The notes: generated by a model from the sequence alone, not told the origin. A DNA stretch of 64,000 bases from an uncultured bacterium (GCA_949293175.1 CASFCI010000008.1:954-64953), one strand, 5' to 3'; positions 9,701 to 18,952 are shown, numbered from the stretch's first letter. Numbers and translations: made by a program.

Positions 9701-10714
9701 ATGAAGATCCTACTTGATTGCCTTGGCGGGGACAAAGCGCCGGAAGAAGCCATAAAGGGCATCGCTTATGCCCTAGGGAAAGACAAAGACATCGAGATCG
9801 CGGCGATCGGCCCGGCCAAAACCATCAAAGAAGGATTGGAGAAGCTTGGCGCCGACGCAAGCCGCGTCAGCTATATCGAGGCGACCGAGGCGGTGCTAAA
9901 CACCGACCACCCGTCGCTATTCCTCAAGCAGAAGCCGAACTCGAGCCTCGCCAAAGCCTACGAGGAGCTTAGGGGCAAGGACGAATACGGGGCCTTGGTC
10001 TCCGCCGGCCCCACCGGCGCCATCCTCACCGGGGCTATACTCCGCCTTGGAAGGCTAAAAGGCGTGAGCCGCCCATGCCTGATGGCCACTTTGCCGACCA
10101 GGACTGGGAAACTAGTGAGGCTATTAGACGCCGGGGCCAATATGGACTGCAAGCCCGAATACCTCCTGCAGTTCGCATTGATGGCCGACACCTACCTCCG
10201 CTGCATCGGGATAGAGAACCCGCGCATCGGACTGCTCAACGTCGGCATGGAGGAAGGCAAGGGAAACGAACTTACCAAGGCCACCCATGAGCTGATCAAA
10301 GGGGCCGGGCTGAACTTCGTCGGCAATATCGAAGGGGACCACGTCTTAAAGGGCGAGGCCGATGCCATCGTCTGCGACGGGTTCGCCGGCAACGTCTTCA
10401 TCAAGTCGACCGAGGAGGCCTGCTACTACATATCCGACATGTTCAAGGAGGCCATATTCAAAAACGCCCTGACCAAGTTCGGGGCCTTGTTCCAGATAAA
10501 GGGCCTCAAGGCGGTCAAGAAGCCTTTTGAATTCGCCAGGAAGGCCTGCGCCCCGTTGTTAGGCACCAAGAAGCTGGTCCTCAAGTGCCATGGCAAAGCC
10601 AACGCCGAGACGTTCGGCGAAACGCTTCTGGAGGCCAAGCGGCTATTGGATGTCAATATCCTCGCAAAGATAGGCGATAAAATCGCAAATAGCCTGCAAA
10701 CCGCCGCTAAGTAA
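9701..10714 (+). CDS. plsX: Phosphate:acyl-ACP acyltransferase PlsX
   Basis: 'MKILLDCLGGDKAPEE...GN.EG...DGFAGNVFIK' typical of PlsX. 337 aa. Confidence 0.85.
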   Translation: MKILLDCLGGDKAPEEAIKGIAYALGKDKDIEIAAIGPAKTIKEGLEKLGADASRVSYIEATEAVLNTDHPSLFLKQKPNSSLAKAYEELRGKDEYGALVSAGPTGAILTGAILRLGRLKGVSRPCLMATLPTRTGKLVRLLDAGANMDCKPEYLLQFALMADTYLRCIGIENPRIGLLNVGMEEGKGNELTKATHELIKGAGLNFVGNIEGDHVLKGEADAIVCDGFAGNVFIKSTEEACYYISDMFKEAIFKNALTKFGALFQIKGLKAVKKPFEFARKACAPLLGTKKLVLKCHGKANAETFGETLLEAKRLLDVNILAKIGDKIANSLQTAAK

Positions 10715-10727
10715 ATAGAAATCGCAA

Positions 10728-10757
10728 AAGCCCCGCGGATTATGCGGGGTTTTGCTT
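10728..10757 (+). terminator. Rho-independent terminator after plsX
   Basis: Hairpin ccccgcgg/tgcgggg followed by ttttgctt. Confidence 0.6.
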
Positions 10758-11037
10758 ATCATCAACCTCGCTTGTGGCTCCGAACCGCCTAATTCTGCAA
10801 TCGGCCCATCAAATAATCCTGAAGAGCCCTTTTCGCCTTCTGAATACGGTCCTCTGCGTCTATTCCAGATTCGTCTTGCGCGAAATCGATTCGGCCTAGC
10901 TCTTTATGCTCATCATCGCGGCTTTCGATCACGAAGGCGCGGTTTTCCGCCCTGACCCGGAAACTATCGTAAAGCAGATACTTCCCTTTGCTGTCTTAGT
11001 CTATGTGTTATTCGCCGCCGACTTCTTAAAGGAATGC

Positions 11038-11442
11038 CTAACGAGAGGTCTCGGAGACATTCCGCTGCGTAAGCATGGTCGTTATCAAATAAGGTTTTTC
11101 GCTTTCAATCCAATACTTGCCATATCGGCCAGGCCGGAAGGACTGGTAGGCAACGTAGTAATAACGCCAGGCGAAACGGTGCTTCGCCTTGCAATCATCG
11201 ACGAATTCCTGCGCCATTCGCCTCAAGCCTTCATCGCTTAAATCATCATTGCTTAGCAATTGCCTGACGATATCTTTGGTCCTATCGAAGAATTCGCGGG
11301 ACTTCGATCTATGGAAGAGGCTTTCCCAGGCGCTTGAGTTTCTGCTTGAGCCGAACTGCCAACGCCACCCATTGGATTCCCTTTGCCCATAGTTCCCTAT
11401 CGACATCAATGCACAGTCGATGAGGTCGAAGCGCTCGCGCAC
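11038..11442 (-). CDS. Hypothetical protein (134 aa), possibly a remnant. The region 10760-11040 downstream has no intact frame.
   Basis: ORF only. No recognised motifs. Confidence 0.3.
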   Translation of the reverse strand: MRERFDLIDCALMSIGNYGQRESNGWRWQFGSSRNSSAWESLFHRSKSREFFDRTKDIVRQLLSNDDLSDEGLRRMAQEFVDDCKAKHRFAWRYYYVAYQSFRPGRYGKYWIESEKPYLITTMLTQRNVSETSR

Positions 11443-11489
11443 TCAAAAATGACGCTTGACGGAGGAAAAACGTAAATTTATATTACTTG

Positions 11490-11615
11490 GCAGGAGGGGA
11501 ACCCGGTAACTTGCGCGTGAGATTCGCGCCTGGAGAAAGGCTTAGTAATCCCCAGGACTGTGTCGTACTCCTAGGCACCCGACACACTCCCCCCTGCCTT
11601 CGCGTGGGGGTTTCT
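11490..11615 (+). ncRNA. Candidate structured small RNA with intrinsic terminator. Class unknown. Strand inferred from the T-tract.
   Basis: Helices ggcagg...cctgcc, gcgcgtgagattcgcgc, ccagg...cctgg(-like), then cccccctgcc/gggggt plus tttcttttt. No ORF with RBS. Confidence 0.3.
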
Positions 11616-11741
11616 TTTTATCCATATCAACTAAACCGCGCTGGCCAATCCGACATTGGCTTGAACTGCTTAAGACAATCCGCTATATTACATTTGGACT
11701 ATGGAACGGCGCAGATCGTTCCCCACGGCTTCGGCCGTTGG

Positions 11742-11778
11742 CCTGGGCTCCGGTCGGACGGAGCCATTTTTTATGCCG
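11742..11778 (+). terminator. Terminator-like hairpin ggctccg-gtcg-gacggagcc plus T-tract
   Basis: Perfect 8-bp GC-rich stem followed by attttttat. Confidence 0.45.
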
Positions 11779-11869
11779 ATTGCTTGCAAAGAAATCGTCT
11801 AATCAATGCAGATTGCGCCTAAGCATTCAGATGCAGACTTATCGGAAACTCTGAATGAATGTAGCGTTG

Positions 11870-11912
11870 CCGGCAAAAAAATAAGAAAAAATGCCGTTTG
11901 AACGGCATTGAT
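11870..11912 (-). terminator. Terminator downstream of tRNA-Ser(GCT)
   Basis: Minus-strand hairpin aatgccgtt-caa-acggcatt followed by ttttttcttattttttt. Confidence 0.6.
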
Positions 11913-11917
11913 TTCAT

Positions 11918-12011
11918 GTGGCGGAGGCGTCGAGATTTGAACTCGAGCGCCGGGAAATCCCGACCTAACAGGTTAGCAACCTGCCCCCTTCGGCCTCTTG
12001 GGTACGCCTCC
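11918..12011 (-). tRNA. tRNA-Ser (anticodon GCT). Long variable arm. CCA encoded.
   Basis: Cloverleaf folded by eye. Acceptor GGAGGCG/CGCCTCC. Anticodon loop TTGCTAA. T-loop TTCAAAT. Confidence 0.85.
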
Positions 12012-12138
12012 GTGCCGGTAAATAATACAACAGACGGGAAAATAAAGTAATAGGGAATCTCGATTTGCCACCAATAACCGTCGATAGGCGTTTTTGTATA
12101 AGAAAGGCCCGGATGCAATCATCATCCGGGCCATCTTA

Positions 12139-13578
12139 TCAATAGGCCTTGGCGAAGTAGACGACCTTGGTCGCCTTCTTGCCGCATATCGGACAGGTCG
12201 ATTCGAACGGCTCCTCGCCCTCTCCGATGCACCGCGCGGTCCCGCCGGCGGTGATCTCCTTGACCTTGAGCTCGCACTCCTCGTCTCCGCACCAGCACAT
12301 CTTGGCATACCCGCCTTCGTTGAGTATGGCTTTTAGCTCCTCGACGTCGTGGGCCTCCTTGATGTGGCTATGCAGGAAGTCGAGGGCCTTCTTGTACATA
12401 TCCTCGTGGATCTCGTCGAGGATCGAGGGGATGGCCTTCTCGATCTCCTCGATGGGGGCGACGCGCTTCTCGCCGTTGACCCGCTTCACCAGGCAGACGT
12501 TGCCCTGCTGCAGGTCGCGCGGACCGAGCTCTAGACGCAGCGGCACGCCCTTCATCTCGTATTCGGCGAACTTCCAGCCCGGGGTCTTCTCCGAATCGTC
12601 GAGTTTGACCCGGATGCCCATGTTGGTGAGGGTATCCTTGATCTCGCGGCACTTGTCGAGGATGCCCGGCGCATCCATCTTGATTGGGACGATGACGACC
12701 TGCACCGGAGCGACGCGCGGGGGCAAAACCAAGCCATTGTCGTCGCCATGGACCATGATGATGGCCCCAAGCAGCCTAGTGGAGACGCCCCAGCTGGTCT
12801 GATGGGGGATCTCGAGCTTATTCGACCTTCCCAGGTAGCGGATGCCAAAGGCATCGGCGAACCCCTGCCCCAGGTAATGGGTGGTGCCGGATTGCAGCGC
12901 CTTCCCATCGTGCATGAGGGCCTCGATGGTGTAGGTGGCGACCGCCCCGGCGAACTTCTCGTGGTCGGTCTTTATGCCCTTGACGAAGGGGATGGCCAGT
13001 AAGTCCTTGCCGAGGTCATCGTAGACCTTGAGCATGTCGCGGGCGTTCTTCTCGGCCTCCTCGCGGGTCTCGAATAGGCAGTGTCCCTCCTGCCAGAGGA
13101 ACTCCGAGCCGCGTAAGAACGGGCGGGTGGTCTTCTCCCACCTGACGACCGAGCACCACTGGTTGTAGATCTTCGGCAGGTCGCGGTAGGACGAGACGAG
13201 CCGCTTGTAGAGGTCGGAGAAAAGCACCTCCGAGGTAGGACGGATGATCAGCGGATCGGACAGCTTCTCGCCACCACCATAGGTGGCCACCAAGGTCTCG
13301 GGGGCGAAGCCCTCGATGTGGTCCTTCTCCTTATTGAACAAGGATGAGGGGATGACCATCGGCAGGTAGACGTTGCTCGAGCCATGCTCGGCGAACCGCT
13401 TGTTCAGATACCCTTGGATGACCTCCCACATGGAATATGAATAGGGAAGGTAGTTGATGAACCCCTTGACGGTGGAGTAGTCCATGAGCTCCGCCTTCTT
13501 GCACACATCGGTGTACCACTGGGCGAAGTCGACGTCCCGCGGGGTTATCGAATCGTTTTTCTTTGTCGCGTTTGCCAT
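12139..13578 (-). CDS. proS: Prolyl-tRNA synthetase, archaeal/eukaryotic-type class II with C-terminal zinc domain
   Basis: 479 aa. Class II motifs. C-terminal 'CPICGKKATKVVYFAKAY'. Confidence 0.9.
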   Translation of the reverse strand: MANATKKNDSITPRDVDFAQWYTDVCKKAELMDYSTVKGFINYLPYSYSMWEVIQGYLNKRFAEHGSSNVYLPMVIPSSLFNKEKDHIEGFAPETLVATYGGGEKLSDPLIIRPTSEVLFSDLYKRLVSSYRDLPKIYNQWCSVVRWEKTTRPFLRGSEFLWQEGHCLFETREEAEKNARDMLKVYDDLGKDLLAIPFVKGIKTDHEKFAGAVATYTIEALMHDGKALQSGTTHYLGQGFADAFGIRYLGRSNKLEIPHQTSWGVSTRLLGAIIMVHGDDNGLVLPPRVAPVQVVIVPIKMDAPGILDKCREIKDTLTNMGIRVKLDDSEKTPGWKFAEYEMKGVPLRLELGPRDLQQGNVCLVKRVNGEKRVAPIEEIEKAIPSILDEIHEDMYKKALDFLHSHIKEAHDVEELKAILNEGGYAKMCWCGDEECELKVKEITAGGTARCIGEGEEPFESTCPICGKKATKVVYFAKAY

Positions 13579-13605
13579 AAATTGACCTCAATTGCAAATC
13601 ATACT

Positions 13606-15369
13606 CTATCTTTTGAACTCGGCTACCCGCTTTATCGCCTTTGGCGCGACGGGCAGTATCATCTCCGAATAGGGGGCGAAGCACTCGGCCGAGATGAAGT
13701 CGAGCCCGCTTCGGACCAATAGCTCCAGCGATGCCCAGCCCTCGATGTCGTTGGCGATGATGGGCTTGTGGTACTTGAGCAGCTTCTCGACCATCACGTG
13801 GAGCTGGCTTCTGACCAAGGCGTCCATGTCCTTGGCGTTGCCGGCGAACATGAAGTCGCAGACGAAGAAGTCGAAGGCGTCGTATACCGTGGTCGGCAGC
13901 CCCAGCTCGCCCTCGTTTAGCTCCAGGGCGACCGAGTATCCCTTGGCCTTGATCGAGCGCATGTCGGAGTAGATGTCCCCCGGCGCGGTCGGATTGAAAT
14001 GGGCCTTGATGTCGGTCTCGTTGAAGAGGAACACGATCCGGCTCGTCTTGGCCTTGGGGAGCCTGGCGAAGGTGGTGAGCATATATGGCCGCTCCTCGGT
14101 GCGGACCGGGAAGAAGAGGGCCTGCTTGTCATCCTGCCGCTCGGAGACGTATAGCGGCATGGTGTTCCTGGCGATGGTGGAGAATAGGTCCCCGAGGTCG
14201 TCGGTCCTGGCCGCGTAGTCCTTTAGCTCGTCGATCGAGTCGAAGTAGGTGTCGACCGGCTTGCAGCGGGTCAGGAAGCCGATGGTCGCGGCGGAGTTGG
14301 CGCTGTAGATCGGGCGGAACTCGTACTTGAGCCGCTTCTCGTTGATGATCCGCTCGACCTCGGTGCGGTAGCTCGAGTCGTTGAGCGGGTTGACCGATTT
14401 GCGGCCCTTCTCATAGACCAGTATCTGCTCATCGTCGTCGAAGGCGATCTGGGCGGTCTTCCTGGCGTAATCGAGTATCGCCTCGCCGTTGCCGTCGAAG
14501 AATTGGTGCCCGACCAGCCCCACCCTCATGTCGATCTTGGATAGGTAGCCGGACAGCGCCAGATAGCGGTTCACCGCGGCGATGCAGGAATGCACGAAGT
14601 GGCTGGCCTCCTGCTTGCTGGACAGCTTGACGTCGGATACCAGCAGCTCGTTGTGGCTCGCCTCAAGCAGGTAGCGCCGCTGCTCGGTCAGACCATATAG
14701 GGTTGTCTTGATGTGGGTCCAGACCAGCGGCTCGATCTCAGCGTCCTTATCCGATATCTTCCGGTACTGGAAGCGGAAGCAGGCGGTGAACCCCCGCTTC
14801 TTGCAGGCGTTGAGCGCGGCGATCACCTGCTTCGAATTCGAGGTGCCTTTGAACCCCTTAGGCGATTTCTTGGGGACGATGTACTTAAGCTTATGACGCT
14901 GAAGGTGGATTATCTGGTGCTTCCTGTCGACGTGGTCGACCTGCAATAGGTAATAGAACTGCTTCCTGGATTTCGATGGGCCCTCGGTCTGGACATTGGT
15001 CTCCAGGAAGTCGGGGGCATCCGACCCCTTGTCCAGCAGCGAATTGACCCACTCGATGACCCGGGTCTGCTCGTCGGAGGCGAAGTGGGAATAGAATTCG
15101 CCAAGCGATAAATGGCTGGCCTCGGAAAGACCGCTGGAGCTGAAGGTGGTCACGTTGTTGTGAGCGACGTCAAGTATGTAGATTGAGACGGCGTTGCGGC
15201 TATCGACCAGTTTGGCGCGATAATTGCGGCTCTTCCTTTTCCCGGCCAAAAAGAACGCCAGCAACGCGATCAGCAAAACCAGCAGGCAGACCTCTATGGC
15301 CATCACCGGGATGAATTTCAAGTCTAAAAGCGCGTTCATCTGCTGCATAAGGATAGCACAACTTCCCAC
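13606..15369 (-). CDS. Membrane-anchored EAL-domain protein (c-di-GMP phosphodiesterase fold, likely degenerate). N-terminal TM plus an unknown/GGDEF-like middle region.
   Basis: C-terminal 'YEFRPIYS', 'FLFNETD', 'ALELNEGE', 'IIANDIEGWASLELLVRSGLDFISAECF'. The EAL triad is replaced (FLT). Confidence 0.55.
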   Translation of the reverse strand: MGSCAILMQQMNALLDLKFIPVMAIEVCLLVLLIALLAFFLAGKRKSRNYRAKLVDSRNAVSIYILDVAHNNVTTFSSSGLSEASHLSLGEFYSHFASDEQTRVIEWVNSLLDKGSDAPDFLETNVQTEGPSKSRKQFYYLLQVDHVDRKHQIIHLQRHKLKYIVPKKSPKGFKGTSNSKQVIAALNACKKRGFTACFRFQYRKISDKDAEIEPLVWTHIKTTLYGLTEQRRYLLEASHNELLVSDVKLSSKQEASHFVHSCIAAVNRYLALSGYLSKIDMRVGLVGHQFFDGNGEAILDYARKTAQIAFDDDEQILVYEKGRKSVNPLNDSSYRTEVERIINEKRLKYEFRPIYSANSAATIGFLTRCKPVDTYFDSIDELKDYAARTDDLGDLFSTIARNTMPLYVSERQDDKQALFFPVRTEERPYMLTTFARLPKAKTSRIVFLFNETDIKAHFNPTAPGDIYSDMRSIKAKGYSVALELNEGELGLPTTVYDAFDFFVCDFMFAGNAKDMDALVRSQLHVMVEKLLKYHKPIIANDIEGWASLELLVRSGLDFISAECFAPYSEMILPVAPKAIKRVAEFKR

Positions 15370-15450
15370 TCGCGCGCATACTTACGCCCACCTAGGCAAC
15401 TTTCGATTGTCTAAAGGGAAGAAGGGTGATAGTATTAACGCCGCGACCCG

Positions 15451-15542
15451 GAGAAGTACCCAAGCGGTTGAAGGGGTCAGTTTCGAAAACTGATAGTGGG
15501 GCCCTGCTCCAGCCGGGGTTCGAATCCCCGCTTCTCCGCCAG
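15451..15542 (+). tRNA. tRNA-Ser (anticodon CGA). CCA encoded.
   Basis: Acceptor GGAGAAG/CTTCTCC. Anticodon loop TTCGAAA. Long variable arm. Confidence 0.85.
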
Positions 15543-15552
15543 CAAGAAAAAA

Positions 15553-15580
15553 CGGCGAGCATTGCTCGCCTTTTTTGTTA
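15553..15580. terminator. Bidirectional terminator between tRNA-Ser(CGA) and the convergent YitT gene
   Basis: A-tract, then ggcgagc-attg-ctcgcc, then tttttt. Confidence 0.65.
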
Positions 15581-16648
15581 TTTTATCGGCTTGATGTAGA
15601 AGTGCCCGTATACCTGCTTTAGCTCGGTGACCTCGACGAAGGTGTTGGGGTCGGTCTCGCGGATGACCTTGACGGTCCGGCTCAGCTCGTAGGAGGAGAT
15701 GACCATCTCGATGATCGTCTTCTGTCTTCCGGAGAACGCGCCCTGGCCGTGGATCACGGTCGCCCCGTGCGGTATGTTGGCCATCAATACCTGGACCAGG
15801 CCCGGGTTGTCGGTTACGACCTCAACCTTCATCTTCTTGTTCCGCAGGTTGATCATGTCGATGACGCACATGGAGACAATCAGGTAAACGATTGAATACA
15901 GCGCCGCGGCGACCACGTCAAACGCCGACTTGTCAGCCCAGCCGATGTTGGTGGCGGCGAGGATTGAATAGACGATGAGGATGCCGGCATTGATATAGGC
16001 CGAGTATTTCCCAACCAGGGTGGATTTCTTCAGCGCGATGTAATAGGCGACGACGTCGATTCCACCGCTGCTGGCGTCGACCTTAAAAGTCAAGGCGCTG
16101 GAAAGCCCGGTGCACACACCGGCGAATATAGCTCGGGCCAGCAGTCCTCCATTATCCTCAACATAAGTGGCAATCGGATCGATGATTGTATTCTCGACCC
16201 ATTCAATTGACAGCAAATTGGTGAAAAGGGATATCTCAACGATATTGATCAAGGTAATGATGGTGAAGCGCTTACCAACGCCAACCCAAGCCAGGATGAC
16301 GATAGGGACGTTGACAAGAAAGTAGAGGATTGAGTAAATGAGGTCCTCGTTTTTGACTACCAGGTTGGCAAACGAGTCGGGAAAAAGCTCGAGAGCCATG
16401 ATGATGGTTTGCGAAAGTCCCGAAGCCCCTCCGGATACTAGCCTCAAAATGGGCTCGTCGCCGACTCCCGATCCGCCAATGACGTCGCGCGGAACCAGGA
16501 AGAACTTGTACCCGATGGTGAAGATAAGGGCGCTGACGGTGCAGATGAACAGGGCATAAGTCCAGGAAACGGTGGACTTTAGGCGACTATGGTCGTATAG
16601 GAAGTCGTTTATCTTAGACAAGGGACCATGTCTTTTTGACTTTGGCAT
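15578..16648 (-). CDS. YitT-family membrane protein (DUF161 plus C-terminal DUF2179-like domain)
   Basis: About 7 TM segments with a soluble C-terminus ('VEVVTDNPGLVQVLMANIPHGATVIHGQGAFSG'). Confidence 0.55.
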   Translation of the reverse strand: MPKSKRHGPLSKINDFLYDHSRLKSTVSWTYALFICTVSALIFTIGYKFFLVPRDVIGGSGVGDEPILRLVSGGASGLSQTIIMALELFPDSFANLVVKNEDLIYSILYFLVNVPIVILAWVGVGKRFTIITLINIVEISLFTNLLSIEWVENTIIDPIATYVEDNGGLLARAIFAGVCTGLSSALTFKVDASSGGIDVVAYYIALKKSTLVGKYSAYINAGILIVYSILAATNIGWADKSAFDVVAAALYSIVYLIVSMCVIDMINLRNKKMKVEVVTDNPGLVQVLMANIPHGATVIHGQGAFSGRQKTIIEMVISSYELSRTVKVIRETDPNTFVEVTELKQVYGHFYIKPIK

Positions 16649-16947
16649 ACGTGCGCATTATAAGAATGTTAAAGCTACTAATAAAGTGGGAAATTCGGCA
16701 AATGGACTAACCTCCGTTTTTGTCTATTTTGCCCTTTTGAAAAGTGAATAATTCTTTGTAATTCCCCGCAGAAACTCAATTAACCCGCAAAACCTTTCCA
16801 AAAGCCCAACAAGAAAAACGGGGAATTGCGAGGCTAATATCGGCCCTCCCGGCCGCGCCCAAATACGATGTTGCCTAGCAAAAGTGCTGATGGTATCATT
16901 AACCCGCTGTTTAGTAATAAACAGGCCGTTTCATTCGGAGGAAAGTA

Positions 16948-17850
16948 ATGGTCATATTGAAATCGATTGGCGCCTTCTTCACTAAGCTTTGGCGCTGGAT
17001 CAAGGAGACCGCCTGGGTGCAGCCGCTGCTAATCGTCGGCGCCATATTCGCGGTCATATTCTCTATCCCGAAGATCACCGACTGGGTCCAGTCCATGGGC
17101 TTCGGCTCGGCTAGCCGCTACTACGCCGCCTTCCAGCTCAACCTCGAGGGCGAGACCAGCGACATCTTCCAGTTCAACACCAAGGCCGACGAGGCCACCA
17201 AGGCCATCAACGACTGGTCCAACTTCGAGGACACCTACGCCACCTACGACGAATACATCGCCGCAATGGAGCAAAGCGAGGAGAACCCGATCGAGAAATA
17301 CGGTGAGAAGTTCTTCCTCGTCTACGTCGAGGGTGAGGATTGCGCCAACTGCGAGGCCGCCCAGCCGGGCTTCGAGACCCTTCAGAACTACTGGGGCACC
17401 CGCTACGTCGCCGATGATGGCCGCCCGTTCAAGATGTACACCATCTTCGCCGACGAGGATTCCTCCAACGACGATGACTATGACATAGAGGATGACCAGA
17501 AGGCCTTCAACCGCTACCTCGACAAGTTCGCCGACAACGACTTCTTCTCCCAGGCCGGCGGACGCCTTGCCGATGAGACCCCGTACAAGATCAACGCCTC
17601 CATCGGCGATGCCGACTACGAGAACTTCACCAATGCCGACCACACCAGCTTCGCGGTCCCGACCGTCTTGCTCATCGACTTCTCCGAGCAGGCCTTCGAC
17701 CTCCGCAGCTCCCGCCCGGGCGTGAGCGAGGTCATCTTCGGGGTCACCGGCAACGACTCCAACGCCAAGGCCGAGCTGCTCCTGCAGATGTGGAACCACA
17801 CCTCGAACGACATCACCAACCCCTTCACCGATTACTACGTCAAGGGCTAA
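16948..17850 (+). CDS. Membrane-anchored acidic protein with a CxxC motif (possible thioredoxin-like fold)
   Basis: N-terminal TM. 'EGEDCANCEAAQPGF'. Asp/Glu-rich. Good RBS ggagga 6 nt upstream. Confidence 0.4.
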   Translation: MVILKSIGAFFTKLWRWIKETAWVQPLLIVGAIFAVIFSIPKITDWVQSMGFGSASRYYAAFQLNLEGETSDIFQFNTKADEATKAINDWSNFEDTYATYDEYIAAMEQSEENPIEKYGEKFFLVYVEGEDCANCEAAQPGFETLQNYWGTRYVADDGRPFKMYTIFADEDSSNDDDYDIEDDQKAFNRYLDKFADNDFFSQAGGRLADETPYKINASIGDADYENFTNADHTSFAVPTVLLIDFSEQAFDLRSSRPGVSEVIFGVTGNDSNAKAELLLQMWNHTSNDITNPFTDYYVKG

Positions 17851-17857
17851 GCATAAC

Positions 17858-17888
17858 CAAACGGCCTCCGCACGGAGGCCTTTTTTCA
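17858..17888 (+). terminator. Rho-independent terminator
   Basis: ggcctccg-cac-ggaggcc followed by tttttt. Confidence 0.7.
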
Positions 17889-17918
17889 TGCCGATAAGGA
17901 AGGTAGAATATTCAGGCA

Positions 17919-18479
17919 ATGGAAAACATAATCATCAAATCCGGCCCGCTTAAGGCCATTACCACCACCAAAGGCAACCCAATCGACACCGAGACCATCG
18001 TCGAGGACTACGCCTGCTATTCCGACACCTCGATGAAGCTCACCATCCTCTCCAACGACGACATCCCGCTGTTCTTCGCCATCCCCGGCAAGATCATCGG
18101 GGCGATGAAGATCGGCAAGGACGAGATCGAGACCAAGCAGCTCACCGCCAACCTCCGGTCAAGCCTGGTATCCTTGGGACTGGATGCCACCGAAATGCAC
18201 TGCATAATCGGACCCTGCCTAACCTTCTCGCACATGCCGGTCGAAAGGAAAGTCATCGAGAAGCTATTGGACGACGGCTTCATGCTGGCGGCCAAGCGGA
18301 CCGACGGGGTCGATTTCCTCGACCTGCCGGATTTCGTCCTCACCGAGCTGCGCCATCTTGGGGTCAAGATGGAAAACATCGTCATCGGCGACTACGACAC
18401 GTTCGAAAACCCCGAGATGCTCTACTCGAGGCTGCGCGGGGATAAGGAGCTGAACGCCACCACCGCTTACTTGGGCTGA
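17919..18479 (+). CDS. PgeF/YfiH (DUF152)-like protein, N-terminally degenerate. The catalytic His/Cys/His are not recognisable.
   Basis: C-terminal 'IIGPC...' and '[34 protein letters not shown]' resemble the PgeF C-terminus. 'HAGWRG' is absent. Confidence 0.45.
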   Translation: MENIIIKSGPLKAITTTKGNPIDTETIVEDYACYSDTSMKLTILSNDDIPLFFAIPGKIIGAMKIGKDEIETKQLTANLRSSLVSLGLDATEMHCIIGPCLTFSHMPVERKVIEKLLDDGFMLAAKRTDGVDFLDLPDFVLTELRHLGVKMENIVIGDYDTFENPEMLYSRLRGDKELNATTAYLG

Positions 18480-18952
18480 TTCTTGGTCAGCTCGAACATC
18501 TTGACTACCGACGGGGGGACAAGCGAAGAGATGTCCGCCCCGTTTTTATGTAGCTCGAGGATGGTCGAGGAGGATATGAAGCTGGTCTTCGAGCCGGCCA
18601 TGAAGAAAACCATGTCGATGTCGGGGTCGACGTAGGAGTTGGCGGCGGCGAACTGGAACTCGTACTCGAAGTCTGTCACCGCCCTTAGCCCGCGGATGAT
18701 ATGCTGCGCCCCTACTTTCTTGGCATAGGCCACCGTCAGCCCGGAGGTGAAGTCGACGTCGACCTTATCCATCCCGGCAGTCGCCTCCCTCATCATCTGC
18801 AGCCGCTCATCGACGGTGAAGTTGCTCTTCTTCCCGGGGTTGACCGCCAATAGGAGCGTCACGTGGTCGAATACCTTGCAGGCCCTTTCCAGGACATCCA
18901 GATGCCCGTTGGTTACCGGATCGAACGATCCAGGATAAACTGCTTTCTTCAT
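18467..18952 (-). CDS. coaD: Phosphopantetheine adenylyltransferase
   Basis: '[22 protein letters not shown]'. The ORF's 21-aa N-terminal extension is rejected. Confidence 0.9.
   Translation of the reverse strand: MKKAVYPGSFDPVTNGHLDVLERACKVFDHVTLLLAVNPGKKSNFTVDERLQMMREATAGMDKVDVDFTSGLTVAYAKKVGAQHIIRGLRAVTDFEYEFQFAAANSYVDPDIDMVFFMAGSKTSFISSSTILELHKNGADISSLVPPSVVKMFELTKNQPK

Noticed and set aside
11487-12308. ORFs 11487-11822 (+), 11819-12118 (-) and 11973-12308 (-)
   Set aside because: They overlap the structured non-coding region and the tRNA-Ser(GCT) gene. They have no RBS, and their protein composition is not gene-like.
13579-13605. T-box leader upstream of proS (and similarly upstream of trpS at 25457-25539)
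   Set aside because: The intergenic spaces are only ~27 and ~80 nt, far too short for a T-box (about 200-300 nt). No specifier/antiterminator elements were seen.
17029-17919. 296-aa antisense ORF opposite the 16948-17850 gene
   Set aside because: It has Gly/Val/Asp/Leu-rich repetitive composition typical of a GC-rich antisense frame. The sense gene has a strong RBS and terminator.
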